Part shown: in pieces, positions 52,141 through 63,209 of the stretch
Layout: each line of letters starts with the position of its first letter
Numbering within the stretch: the stretch's first letter is position 1
Source: Alphaproteobacteria bacterium
GTDB lineage: Bacteria; Pseudomonadota; Alphaproteobacteria; MPNO01
DNA: 64,000 nt
Assembly: GCA_965248835.1 (NCBI GenBank)
Contig: CBDFLJ010000002.1
Location: 864,001 to 928,000, forward strand
Direction: 5' to 3'
Translations under genes and position numbers: made by a program
Notes under the pieces: model-generated
What the model saw: the letters and a program-made list of their open reading frames with translations, nothing else
Told to the model about the DNA's origin: nothing
Databases searched by the model: none

Positions 52141-52743
52141 TTGCCCAAGGTCTATGCCCTGGACGGCGTGACCCCCGTCGTCGATTCGAGCGCGCATGTC
52201 CACCCCTCCGCCGTCCTGATCGGCGACGTGGTCGTCGGGCCGGGCTGCTACGTTGCGCCGTGCGCCAGCCTGCGCGGCGATTTCGGCCAGATCCGCATGG
52301 CCGAGGGCTCCAACATCCAGGACAACAGCGTCGTGCATTGCTTTGCCGGCGGCGAGACCTCGATCGGCGCTTATGCCAGCATCGGCCACGGCGCGGTGCT
52401 GCACGGCTGTTCGGTGGGCGCGCGCGCCCTGGTCGGCATGAACGCCGTGGTCATGGACGGGGCGGTGATCGGCGAGCATGCGATCGTAGCCGCACTCGCC
52501 TTCGTGCGGGCGGACTTCGAGGTGCCCGCGCGGGCTATCGTCGCCGGCACGCCCGCCCGGGTCTTGCGCGAGATCACGTCGGCGGAAGCCGCCTGGATGG
52601 TTGCCGCAAACGCCGATTACCACGCGGCGCGGGACCGCTCCATGGCGACGCTGGAGCTCGTCGAGGCGCTGGACAGGCCCGATGTAGACGGCCCCCGCCT
52701 CAGGATCGAAGGCGCGAAACCGCTCTACCAGAGCCGGACTTGA
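52141..52743 (+). CDS. Gamma-carbonic-anhydrase-like hexapeptide protein (PaaY/CaiE-like)
   Basis: P.V...A.VHPSAVLIGDV, LRGD.G, N.QD...H, IGHGA.LHGC. Confidence 0.88.
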   Translation: MPKVYALDGVTPVVDSSAHVHPSAVLIGDVVVGPGCYVAPCASLRGDFGQIRMAEGSNIQDNSVVHCFAGGETSIGAYASIGHGAVLHGCSVGARALVGMNAVVMDGAVIGEHAIVAALAFVRADFEVPARAIVAGTPARVLREITSAEAAWMVAANADYHAARDRSMATLELVEALDRPDVDGPRLRIEGAKPLYQSRT

Positions 52744-52762
52744 AGCTTATCCGGAACGCGCT

Positions 52763-53005
52763 CTAACTGAACGCCTTGAAGGTGATCAGAGTAAAGGTGT
52801 CCTTGACGCCGGGCAGGAGCTGGACCTTCTCGGTGACGAAATGGCCGATGTCCTGGCCGTCAGCCAGGTAGAATTTCATCAGCAGGTCGAACTGGCCGGA
52901 GATCGAGTGGACCTCGGAGGCCTGCTCGATCTGCTCGACGGCGTCGGCGGCGACCTCGTAGGCCTTGCCGAGCTCGCATTTGACCATCACGAATATCGTC
53001 TGCAT
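52763..53005 (-). CDS. Stand-alone Lrp/AsnC ligand-binding domain protein
   Basis: IFVMVKC.LG, SEV.S.SGQ.DLL.K, PGV.DTFT. Confidence 0.85.
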   Translation of the reverse strand: MQTIFVMVKCELGKAYEVAADAVEQIEQASEVHSISGQFDLLMKFYLADGQDIGHFVTEKVQLLPGVKDTFTLITFKAFS

Positions 53006-53012
53006 CGGCGCC

Positions 53013-54441
53013 TCATTGCTCACGGACCGGCCGCTGCATGAACGCCGGCACGTGGGCGCCCATGCCGAGCACTGGGTCATTGACCGTCGCGCGGTCGCGT
53101 CCCTCGGGCCGCCTGGGCTTCGATTTGCCGTTCGCGGCCTCGCCTGGCTTGGCCGATTTGGCGGGTCTTGCGGGCTCGGCCGGCTTGGCGGATTTGGCGG
53201 GCTTCGGCCGGCTTAGCCGATTTGGCGGGTCTTGCGGGCTCGGCCGGCGCCGGATCGCGCGTCTTGCCGCCGCGCCGGTTCCGCCCGCGCCTGCCGTCGG
53301 ATGCCTCGAACGCGGCCGACTCTAGGCCATCGACATAGTCCCGGGGGATCTCCTTGCCGATCAGCCGCTCGATTGCCGAGACCGAGTCGGTATCGCCCGG
53401 CGCGGCGATCGAGAACGCCCTGCCGTCCTTGCCGGCACGGCCGGTGCGCCCGATGCGGTGGACATAATCCTCGGCGTGGTAGGGCACGTCGAAATTGAAG
53501 ACATGCGACAGGTCTTCGATGTCCAGCCCGCGGGCGGCGACATCGGAGGCCACCAGCAGCCGGACCTCGTTGTTGCGGAACGACGCCAGGATCTCCATCC
53601 GCGTCGACTGGGGCATGTCGCCATGCATGGCCGCGACCGAGAACCCGTGCTTTTTCAGAGATTTGTGCAGGATGTCGACATCGCGCTTGCGGTTGCAGAA
53701 GATCAGCGCGTTCTGCACGTCCTCGCTGCGGATGATCGCCCGGAGCGCCGCACGCTTGTCGGCCTGCGGGACGACGACCAGGCTCTGCCGGACGGTCTCG
53801 GCCGGGCTCGCCGGCGGCGTGACCGCGACCTCCTTGGGGTTCATCAGGAACGCATCGGCGAGGCGCCGGATCTCCTTCGGCATGGTCGCCGAGAAGAACA
53901 GCGTCTGGCGGATGCGCGGCAGTCGGCCGACAATCTTCTCGACATCGGGGATGAAGCCCATGTCGAGCATCCGGTCGGCCTCGTCGATCACCAGGATCTT
54001 GATGTCGCTCAGGATCACCCGCCCGTTGCCGAAATGATCGAGCAGCCGGCCCGGCGTGGCGATCAGCACGTCGACGCCGCGGCCGAGCTTCCTGATCTGG
54101 TCGTCCATCGAGACGCCGCCGATCAACAACGCCTGGGTCAGCTTGTGGTACTTGCCGTAGATCTCGAAATATTCCGAGGTCTGCATCGCCAGCTCGCGCG
54201 TCGGCGTGAGGATCAGCGAACGCGGCATGCGCGCCCGGGCGCGGCCGTTCGACAGCACCTCGATCATCGGCAGCACGAACGAGGCGGTTTTGCCGGTGCC
54301 GGTTTGTGCGCAACCCAGGATGTCGCGTCCGGTCAGCGCAAATGGGATTGCTTGTTCTTGTATCGGTGTCGGCGTCTGATAGCCGGCATCGACGATGGCC
54401 CGGAGCACATCCGGCCCGAGCCCCAAATCATGAAACGCCAT
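53013..54441 (-). CDS. DEAD-box RNA helicase (RhlE-like); +1 frameshift near 53203 in the low-complexity tail
   Basis: AQTGTGKT, PTRELA, DEAD, SAT, HRIGRTGRAG. The conserved tail ..GMGAHVPAFMQRP* is in another frame ending at 53013, while the ORF track stops at 53077. Confidence 0.93.
53146..53246 (-). repeat. Short coding repeat (AEPARPAKSAKP, two 36-bp units flanking a 28-bp unit)
   Basis: GCCGATTTGGCGGGTCTTGCGGGCTCGGCC occurs twice, with a shortened copy between. Confidence 0.8.
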
Positions 54442-54615
54442 GCACTCTTATCGGGAATAATGAAATATGCCGGTCAAGCCGGTCTGCGCTTATGTGGGCC
54501 CTTCGCCGGCCGAAGTCAAATGTTCACCGCGCTTGCCGGGCGAAATATTTCTCGGGCGTTATCGCGGCTGCGGCCTGCGGGCCGGTCGGACGCGCCCGCA
54601 ACAGACGCCGAACTT

Positions 54616-56601
54616 TCAGATGTCGACGTCCCGGACGTCCGCGGCGTGCTCCTGGATGAAGGCCAGCCGCAGCTCGGGCTTGCGGCCCATCAGATGCTCG
54701 ACCAGCGTGGCCGTGCGTTGACCCGACTCGCCGTCGGCGGCTTCCGGATCGGTGAGGCTGACCCGCAGCAAGGTGCGCTTGCCGGGGTCCATCGTGGTTT
54801 CCCGTAGCTGGCCCGCCGGCATCTCGCCCAGCCCCTTGAAGCGGCTCACCTCGACCCTGCCGCGCTCGTTGAACGCGTGCTCGATCAGCCGGTCCTTCTC
54901 TTCCTCGTCGCGCGCGTAGAGCGTTTTGCCGCCTTGGCTCAGCCGGTAGAGCGGCGGGGCGGCGAGATACAGGTGTCCGTTCTCGATCAGCTTCGGCAGC
55001 TCACGGTAGAAGAAGGTCATCAGCAGCGATGCGATATGCGCGCCGTCGACATCGGCATCGGTCATGATGATGACCCGGTCATAACGCAGCTTGGTTTCGT
55101 CGTATGACGATCCGCTGCCGCAGCCCAGCGCCTGGACCAGATCGGCGAGGTCCTGGTTCTGACGCAGCTTGTCCGCGGTCGCGCTGGCGACGTTGAGGAT
55201 CTTGCCGCGCAACGGCAGGATCGCCTGGGTCTCGCGGTTGCGCGCCTGCTTGGCCGAGCCGCCGGCCGAATCGCCCTCGACCAGGAAAATCTCCGTGTCC
55301 TGGGCCGAGCCGCGGCTGCAATCGGTCAGCTTGCCCGGCAGGCGGACTCTGCGGGTCGGCGTCTTGCGGGCGAACTCCCGATCCTGTTTGCGCCGAAGCC
55401 GATCCTCGGCGCGCTCGATGACATGGTCGAGCAGCCGGTTCGCGCTGTCGGGATCGCCGGTGAGAAAGTGGTCGAAATGGTCCTTGACCGCCGTATCGAC
55501 ATGGCGGGTGATCGAGACCGTCGAGAGCCGCTCCTTGGTCTGGCCCTGGAACTCCGGGTCGCGGATGAAAACCGACAGCAGCCCGCAGACGTCGCCCAGG
55601 GCGTCCTCGGCGGTGATCTGGGTGGCGCGGCGGTTGCCGGTCATCTCTCCGTAGGCCTTCAGCCCGCGGGTGAGCGCCGCCCGCAGGCCGGCCTCATGGG
55701 TGCCGCCCATCGGCGTGGGCACGGTGTTGCAATATGACCGCAGGAACGTCTCGCCGCCGTCGACCCAGGACAGCGCCCATTCGACCCGCGCGCCGTCGCC
55801 GTTGAGCGCCGCCTCGCCGGCGAATGCAGCCGGGCCGATGGTCTGGCGTTCGGCCAGGACGCCGCCCAGATAGTCGGCGAGCCCGCCCGGGAAACGCAGG
55901 GTCTCGCGCGCCGGCACGTCCTTGCGCCCGCGCAGCCGGGACTCCGCGCAGCGCCAACGGATCTCGACACCCTTGAACAGATAGGCCTTGGAGCCCGCCA
56001 TCGCGTAAAGCCGCTCGGCCCGGAAGGCCGCGTCGGGACCGAAGATCTCCGGGTCGGGATGGAAGCTGACCGCGGTTCCGCGGCGGTTGTGGACCGCGCC
56101 CTTGTTCTGGAGTTTGGTGCCCGCCTTGCCGCGGACATAGGTCTGCACCCACAGTGTCTGGTCGCGCACCACCTCGACCGTCATGCGGTCGCTCAGCGCG
56201 TTGACCGCCGAGATGCCCACGCCGTGCAGCCCGCCGGCGGTCCGGTATGCTTCGCCGCCGAACTTGCCGCCGGCGTGAAGCGTGGTCATCACAACCTCCA
56301 GGGCCGAGACGTCCTGGAATCTCGGATGGGGCTCGACCGGGATGCCGCGGCCGTTGTCGCGCACGGTGACCGAGCCGTCGCCCTCGAGCTCGATGTCGAT
56401 CCAGCTCGCATGCCCGGCGACCACCTCGTCCATCGCATTGTCCAAAGCCTCAGCGGCCAGGTGGTGCAGTGCCGCCTCGTCGGTGCCGCCGATATACATG
56501 CCCGGCCGCCGCCGGACCGGTTCCAGGCCCTCCAGCACCTCGATGTCCTTGGCGGAGTAGCGTTCGCTCGGCGCGGTCTTCTTTGCGGCTGTCCGGGGCA
56601 T
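54616..56601 (-). CDS. parE: DNA topoisomerase IV subunit B
   Basis: LEGLEPVRRRPGMYIG, DNAMDE, LVEGDSAGGSAKQAR, TDADVDG, RFKGLGEM; 661 aa. Confidence 0.95.
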   Translation of the reverse strand: MPRTAAKKTAPSERYSAKDIEVLEGLEPVRRRPGMYIGGTDEAALHHLAAEALDNAMDEVVAGHASWIDIELEGDGSVTVRDNGRGIPVEPHPRFQDVSALEVVMTTLHAGGKFGGEAYRTAGGLHGVGISAVNALSDRMTVEVVRDQTLWVQTYVRGKAGTKLQNKGAVHNRRGTAVSFHPDPEIFGPDAAFRAERLYAMAGSKAYLFKGVEIRWRCAESRLRGRKDVPARETLRFPGGLADYLGGVLAERQTIGPAAFAGEAALNGDGARVEWALSWVDGGETFLRSYCNTVPTPMGGTHEAGLRAALTRGLKAYGEMTGNRRATQITAEDALGDVCGLLSVFIRDPEFQGQTKERLSTVSITRHVDTAVKDHFDHFLTGDPDSANRLLDHVIERAEDRLRRKQDREFARKTPTRRVRLPGKLTDCSRGSAQDTEIFLVEGDSAGGSAKQARNRETQAILPLRGKILNVASATADKLRQNQDLADLVQALGCGSGSSYDETKLRYDRVIIMTDADVDGAHIASLLMTFFYRELPKLIENGHLYLAAPPLYRLSQGGKTLYARDEEEKDRLIEHAFNERGRVEVSRFKGLGEMPAGQLRETTMDPGKRTLLRVSLTDPEAADGESGQRTATLVEHLMGRKPELRLAFIQEHAADVRDVDI

Positions 56602-56766
56602 GTCCGTGTGCGGCTACAGGATGCGGTATAGGAGCGATTGGAGATAACAAGATCATGTGGAGGTGGCAAGCGCGCTGTCACACCCGATGCCGCGCCCGAG
56701 GTTCATTTCGGCGACGCGGTGACCTGCTATCCCGATCGAGGCCCGGGCGAGCGGGCGCGTCTTGGC

Positions 56767-58176
56767 TCAGACGCTGTAGTACATGGCGAATTCGATGGGG
56801 TGCGGTGTGTACTCGAAGGCTTGGATTTCCTCGCGCCTGAGATCGAGGTAGCCGTCGATCAGGTCGTCGGAGAACACGTCGCCGCGCTTGAGGAACCCCC
56901 GGTCGGCATCGACCGCCTCGACCGCCTCGCGCAGCGAGTGGCAGACCGTCGGGATGTCCTCGAGCTCCTCCGCCGGCAGGTCGTAGAGGTTCTTGTCCAT
57001 CGGGTCGCCCGGATGGATCTTGTTCTCCACCCCGTCGAGACCGGCCATCAGCATGGCGGCGAACGCCAGATAGGGGTTCGCCGAGGGGTCGGGGAAGCGG
57101 ACCTCCACCCGCTTGCCGTTGGGGCTGGAGGCGAACGGGATGCGGCACGCCGCCGAGCGGTTGCGCGCCGAGTAGGCCAGCAGCACCGGCGCCTCGAAGC
57201 CCGGCACCAGGCGCTTGTAGCTGTTGGTCGTCGGGTTCGAGAAGGCGTTGATCGCCTTGGCGTGCTTGATGATCCCGCCGATATAGTGCAGCGCCGTCTC
57301 CGACAGATCGGCATAGCCCGAGCCGGCGAAGATCGGCCTGCCGTCCTTCCAGATCGACTGGTGGACATGCATGCCCGAACCGTTGTCGTCGATCACCGGC
57401 TTGGGCATGAAGGTGGCGGTCTTGCCGTAGGAATGGGCGACCGACTGGACGACGTATTTGTAGATCTGCACCTGATCGGCGGTCTGCAGCAGATCGCCGC
57501 CGCGCATGCCCAGCTCGTTCTGGCTGGGCGCGACCTCGTGATGGTGCTTCTCGATGGCCACCCCCATCTCGCCCATCACGGTGAGCATCTCGGCCCGCAG
57601 ATCGGCCAGCGAGTCGACCGGCGGGACCGGGAAGTAGCCGCCCTTGACGGCCGGCCTGTGGCCGACATTGCCGCCGTCGAAGCCGCGCCCGGTGTTGTAG
57701 GGGCCTTCCTCCTCGTCGATCGCGTAGAAGGTGTGGTTCATCGACACGTCGAAGCGGACGTCGTCGAAGACGAAGAACTCCAGCTCGGGGCCGAACATCG
57801 TGGCGTCGCCGACCCCGGTCTGATTGAGATAGGCCTGGGCGAGCTTGGCCGTCGAGCGCGGGTCGCGCGAATAGGGCTGGCCGGTGGTCGGCTCGAGCAC
57901 GTCGCAGAACAGGATCAGCGAGGTCTGGGCGGAAAACGGATCGAGCACCGCGGTGGCGGGATCGGGCATCAGGCACATGTCGGATTCCGAGATGTCCTTC
58001 CAGCCGGCGATCGAGGAGCCGTCGAACATGATACCCGAGGCGATCATGTCCTCATCGACCGTGCGCACCGCCTGCGCGGTGTGCTGCCACTTGCCGCGCG
58101 GGTCGGTGAAGCGGAAATCGACGTACTTGACGTCGTGCTCCTTGATCATCTCAAAGATCTTCGAGGCATCGGACAT
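56767..58176 (-). CDS. glnA: Glutamine synthetase type I
   Basis: FDGSSI.GW, HHEVA, FMPKP...[31 protein letters not shown]. Confidence 0.97.
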   Translation of the reverse strand: MSDASKIFEMIKEHDVKYVDFRFTDPRGKWQHTAQAVRTVDEDMIASGIMFDGSSIAGWKDISESDMCLMPDPATAVLDPFSAQTSLILFCDVLEPTTGQPYSRDPRSTAKLAQAYLNQTGVGDATMFGPELEFFVFDDVRFDVSMNHTFYAIDEEEGPYNTGRGFDGGNVGHRPAVKGGYFPVPPVDSLADLRAEMLTVMGEMGVAIEKHHHEVAPSQNELGMRGGDLLQTADQVQIYKYVVQSVAHSYGKTATFMPKPVIDDNGSGMHVHQSIWKDGRPIFAGSGYADLSETALHYIGGIIKHAKAINAFSNPTTNSYKRLVPGFEAPVLLAYSARNRSAACRIPFASSPNGKRVEVRFPDPSANPYLAFAAMLMAGLDGVENKIHPGDPMDKNLYDLPAEELEDIPTVCHSLREAVEAVDADRGFLKRGDVFSDDLIDGYLDLRREEIQAFEYTPHPIEFAMYYSV

Positions 58177-58234
58177 CGCGGGCGCTCCTCACACAATCAC
58201 GGGTGGGATCTGACGGCGGTGCAATAAGGCGCGA

Positions 58235-59229
<995 letters not shown>

Positions 59230-59230
59230 G

Positions 59231-59716
59231 TCAGAAATCCTCCATCAGCGTGCCGACGACCGCCGTCGGGGCCTCGCCGACGATCAGCGCGGCCTCGATC
59301 AAGGCGAGGCTTCCCGGATCGGATCCCGGCCCGGGGGCCAGGAAAATACCCGCCCAGACCCCCGCTGCCGCGGCGGCGGTCATCGCCAGGCCGCGGGCGA
59401 GAAATGGCAGCTGCAGCCATGGGCGCCGGCTCTTGGCGCGGCGCGGCTGCTCCGCCGCCGGCTCCAATGCGGCGACCGCTTGCCGCAGCCGCATGGACGC
59501 GGGCGGCGGGGCGGGCAGGCGGGCCAGGGCGGCATCGAGATGCCGCGCCGCGGCAAGGATCTCCCGCGCCGCTTGCGAGCCGGCGAGCAGATCCCGGGCC
59601 GGGCCGCGTTCCGCCTCGGGCCAACGGTCGATGGCGCCGCCATAGGCATCGGCGAGCGCGCCGAACCGTGCAGGAGTCATCGGCCCGGCCGGATCGTGGG
59701 TTCGGTGGTTGTTCAT
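59231..59716 (-). CDS. Putative membrane anti-sigma factor
   Basis: RF..LADAYG..I.RWP..ER, A..LD..L, one TM segment; overlaps the sigma gene. Confidence 0.7.
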   Translation of the reverse strand: MNNHRTHDPAGPMTPARFGALADAYGGAIDRWPEAERGPARDLLAGSQAAREILAAARHLDAALARLPAPPPASMRLRQAVAALEPAAEQPRRAKSRRPWLQLPFLARGLAMTAAAAAGVWAGIFLAPGPGSDPGSLALIEAALIVGEAPTAVVGTLMEDF

Positions 59717-60288
59717 GGTCGGGTTTCCAGCAGATCGTGGGCGTCCGCGGCCAGCGCCTTGCGCATGTGTCGGCGGCCGCGTGCAAGCAGGGATTCCACG
59801 GCTTCCTCGCCGACGCCCAGCGCTTTGCCGGCCTCGCGCCCGGTCATGCCGTGATAGTGGACCAGAACCAAGGCAGCCCGCTGACGCGCGGGCAGGGCCG
59901 CCAGGGCGCCGCGCACCGCGCGGGTGATGGCGATCGATCCTTCGAGCGGCGCGCCGCTGGTGTCCGCGATATTCTCCGCGTCCTCGGCGCCTCGCGGCGC
60001 GCGCGCCCGGGCGCGGTGGCGGTCGATGCACAGGTTGGTCGCGACCCGGAACAACCAGGCGCGCAGGCCGGGTTCGCCGGGCTGCCAGATCGCGGCCTTG
60101 GAAAGCAGGCGCATGAAGGTTTCCTGGGCGACATCCTCGGCATCGGCGCGGTTGCCGAGGTTGCGCCAGGCAAGGCCGAGGACGCTGTCCAGGTGGAGCG
60201 CCGCCAGTGCCGCCATCGCGCCGTCCTCGCCGCGCGCGAGTGCGCGCACCAGCGCGTCCTCGTCCGCCCCCGTGCCGGCTTCACTCAC
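59713..60288 (-). CDS. ECF RNA polymerase sigma factor
   Basis: DAEDVAQETF, WLFRVATNLC.D..R, LP.RQRAA..L, ESLLARGRR. Confidence 0.92.
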   Translation of the reverse strand: MSEAGTGADEDALVRALARGEDGAMAALAALHLDSVLGLAWRNLGNRADAEDVAQETFMRLLSKAAIWQPGEPGLRAWLFRVATNLCIDRHRARARAPRGAEDAENIADTSGAPLEGSIAITRAVRGALAALPARQRAALVLVHYHGMTGREAGKALGVGEEAVESLLARGRRHMRKALAADAHDLLETRP

Positions 60289-60315
60289 ATCTGCCCGCAG
60301 CGCCCGCACCGCGGC

Positions 60316-60804
60316 TCAGCGGCGCGGTCCGCGCCCGCCGCCGCGGCGATGCCATCGGCGCCGGGGCAGCTCCTCGGCCGCCATCGCGCCGTCGCCGTTG
60401 ACGTCATAGCGTGCGAACCAGCGCGCCGAGGGAGCGGCGAGCTCATCAGCGGTGATCTTGCGGTCGCCGTCGGTATCCAGCATGTCGAACAATGTCGTCG
60501 TGCGCAGGCTCTGGATCAACCGGCCGCGGCGGCGGAATTCCTCGACCGACAGCGCGCCGTTTCCGTCGACGTCCACAGCACCGAGGATACGCTTCTGCTC
60601 GGCCCTGATCTCGTCCATCGAGACGGTCCCGTTGCCGTCGGTGTCATAGATTCGCACGAAATGACTCGCATGGCGCGGAGGCATGTCGGCCCGTTCGGCC
60701 TGCGTCCCGCCGCCGGCAGTGCCCGACTGGGCGAAGGCCGCGCCGGCGGCGATCAGCGTGACGCCAGCCAGCCAGGCAGCGCCGATGGTCCTTGCGGTTC
60801 TCAT
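60316..60804 (-). CDS. Secreted EF-hand domain protein
   Basis: Signal peptide and four Dx(D/N)xDG-type loops (DTDGNG, DVDGNG, DTDGDR, DVNGDG). Confidence 0.85.
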   Translation of the reverse strand: MRTARTIGAAWLAGVTLIAAGAAFAQSGTAGGGTQAERADMPPRHASHFVRIYDTDGNGTVSMDEIRAEQKRILGAVDVDGNGALSVEEFRRRGRLIQSLRTTTLFDMLDTDGDRKITADELAAPSARWFARYDVNGDGAMAAEELPRRRWHRRGGGRGPRR

Positions 60805-60875
60805 GTCGGGGTCTCCAATTCTTGCCGGTGTACTGTCCTTACACGCACGGCAGCCTTTCGATCCGTCGCGCCAAT

Positions 60876-60907
60876 TCGATGGACTGTCGATGGACTGTCG
60901 ATGGACT
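60876..60907. repeat. 11-bp tandem repeat, about 3 copies (TCGATGGACTG)
   Basis: tcgatggactg tcgatggactg tcgatggact in the divergent intergenic region. Confidence 0.85.
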
Positions 60908-61003
60908 CGGCGGACCCTGTTCCATAGACTTCGACCGCCGATATCGTGGCGGCTTCCGTCCTCCGACCTATCCACCGGAATCTTAGAAATTCAAGGCAAC
61001 AGT

Positions 61004-62071
61004 ATGGAATTCGGTATTTTTTCCAATGGGTTTCGCGCGCATACCAGTGCCGCCCAGACCTACGAGGAAGACATCCGCGAGATCGTGCTGGCCGACAGGT
61101 TGGGGTTCTCGGTCGCCTATATCAGCGAGCATCACGGCGAGCGGCCCTATATCAACCGGGTCGATACGATCCCGGTGCCCGAATTGATGATGTGCAAGGC
61201 GGCGGCCTTGACCGAGCGGATCCGCATGGGGGCCGCGGTCAAGCTGATCCACCTGCATCACCCGCTCGATGTCGCGATCCAGGCAGCGGTGACCGATCAC
61301 GTGGTGGGCGGGGGGCGTTTCATCTTCGGCTTCGGCTCCGGGTTTCCCAACCCGCTGTTCTCCGAGGAGCGCGGCCTCGGCTACGATGACCGCTACGCGC
61401 GACTGGCCGAGTCGCTCGACTTCATTTTCAAGTGCTGGACCAGCGACGAGCCGTTCGACTGGGAGGGCGAGCACTGGAAGGCGACCGGCGTTGTCGCCTT
61501 GCCGAAGCCGCTCACCCGCCCGCACATGCCGATGGCGACGGCGACCGAGTCCGAGCCGACGATCCGGATGGCGGGCGAGCGCGGCTATACGCTGCTCTCG
61601 GCGTTCCTCGAGCCGGCGGCGATGCTGCGCCGCAAGGGCGAGATCTACGCCGAGGCCGCGCGCGCGGCCGGCCGGCCGGCGCCGCTGCGCGACATCGCCG
61701 CCTCGCGGATCGTCTACATCGCCGATTCCGAGCGCGATGCGATCGAGGACCTCAGACCCGCCGTCACCCACGAAGTCGGCGTCCAGGCGGAGCGCGGCTT
61801 CCTGAAGATGCTCAAGGCGCTGTTCGATATCGAGGTGCCCAACGACCGCAACGCCATCGAGGCGCTGATCGAAGCGGGGATGTACTTCCTCGGCGACTGC
61901 GACCAGGTCGCAGCCCAATTGAAGGAATTTCACGACGCGGCCGGCGGGTTCGGCACGCTCCTGATCGTCACCGGCAAGGATTGGGCCGACCGCGGCCGGC
62001 GCGAACGCTCGATGCGGCTGTTTGCGGACAACGTCGTCCCGCAGCTCCGCGAACTCGGCCCGGCCGATTGA
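61004..62071 (+). CDS. LLM flavin-dependent oxidoreductase
   Basis: M.FGIF, AD.LGF......EHH, HPL.VA.....DH...GR..FG.G.G, PKP...PH.P. Confidence 0.9.
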   Translation: MEFGIFSNGFRAHTSAAQTYEEDIREIVLADRLGFSVAYISEHHGERPYINRVDTIPVPELMMCKAAALTERIRMGAAVKLIHLHHPLDVAIQAAVTDHVVGGGRFIFGFGSGFPNPLFSEERGLGYDDRYARLAESLDFIFKCWTSDEPFDWEGEHWKATGVVALPKPLTRPHMPMATATESEPTIRMAGERGYTLLSAFLEPAAMLRRKGEIYAEAARAAGRPAPLRDIAASRIVYIADSERDAIEDLRPAVTHEVGVQAERGFLKMLKALFDIEVPNDRNAIEALIEAGMYFLGDCDQVAAQLKEFHDAAGGFGTLLIVTGKDWADRGRRERSMRLFADNVVPQLRELGPAD

Positions 62072-62102
62072 CCCCGCCCGCGGTCCCGACCACGATCGCA
62101 CC

Positions 62103-63209
62103 ATGAGAATCATCGATGCCGACAGCCATCTGGTCGAGGATTTCGACAGGCTCCATGCGCTGACCGATGCCCGTTACCGCGCCTACGCGCCTCGGCTGGT
62201 GCCCCACGGTCCGGCCGAAATGGTCCAGATCGGCGGGGTCTATCAGGCCCAGGCGCCGGGCATGACCTGGGGCGACACCAACTCGCGCCGCGGCCTGGAC
62301 GGCGACAAGCGCCAGATGCGCAAGTGGAACGAGGGCGACGAGGTCGGGTTCGATCCCATCGCCCGGCTCGCGCTGATGGACGAGATCGGCGTCGACGGCT
62401 CGATCATCTTCCCATCGGCCGGGATCGGGGTAGGTGCGATCCAGATCCCCGAGATCGCCGCAGGCGTCTGCCGCGGCGTCAACCGCTACGTCGCGGAGTA
62501 TTGCGCGGCCGACGGCGCCAGGCTGTGGCCGGCCGCCAACATCCCGCTTGCCGGCCGCGACGCCGCGGTCCAGGAGGCGCGCTACGCCGTAGAGGAGCTC
62601 GGCGCCAAGGCACTGTTCGGCCTGTCGGGCGAGCACGGACCCGAGCGGCTCTACCACCCCTATTGGGACCCTTTCTTCGAGACCGTTTCCGCGCTCGGCG
62701 TGCCGTTCTGCACACATGGCGGCGGCGGCGCGGTGCGCGGCGGGCTCGCCGCCGAGCGGTTCCCCGGCCAGTACGCGCCCTATCACATGACCACCCACAC
62801 GATCGAGGCGATGCTGGTCTGTCTCGGGATGATCGCCGGCGGGCTGTTCGAGAAATGGCCGACGCTCAAGGTCGGCTTCTTCGAGGCCGGCGCCGGCTGG
62901 ATGCCGTTCTGGCTCGACCGGCTGGAGGAGAAATACGCCCATCTCGGCTGGACGCTGCCCGAGCTGCACCACTCCCCGATCGAAGTGTTCCGCGAGCATT
63001 GCACGGTCACCGCAGAGGTCGAGGAGGGCGGGATCGCAGCTACGCTCGCCTTCCTCGACGGGCGCGGGGTGATGTGGTCCTCCGACCTGCCGCATTTCGA
63101 CTGCGAGGACGATGGCAGCCCGCGCCGGCTGGCCGAGAACGAGGACCTGCCGATCGATCACCGCGCGCGCGTGCTGGGGCTCAACGCGATCGATTTCTTC
63201 GGGCTCTGA
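62103..63209 (+). CDS. Amidohydrolase family 2 protein (metal-dependent hydrolase/decarboxylase)
   Basis: IIDADSH, RL..MD..G.D, G.FE..P.LK..F.E.G.GW.P, WSSD.PH.D. Confidence 0.88.
   Translation: MRIIDADSHLVEDFDRLHALTDARYRAYAPRLVPHGPAEMVQIGGVYQAQAPGMTWGDTNSRRGLDGDKRQMRKWNEGDEVGFDPIARLALMDEIGVDGSIIFPSAGIGVGAIQIPEIAAGVCRGVNRYVAEYCAADGARLWPAANIPLAGRDAAVQEARYAVEELGAKALFGLSGEHGPERLYHPYWDPFFETVSALGVPFCTHGGGGAVRGGLAAERFPGQYAPYHMTTHTIEAMLVCLGMIAGGLFEKWPTLKVGFFEAGAGWMPFWLDRLEEKYAHLGWTLPELHHSPIEVFREHCTVTAEVEEGGIAATLAFLDGRGVMWSSDLPHFDCEDDGSPRRLAENEDLPIDHRARVLGLNAIDFFGL

Noticed and set aside
63181-63209. Convergent 29-bp gene overlap as a special feature
   Set aside because: Short convergent overlaps are common in GC-rich genomes.
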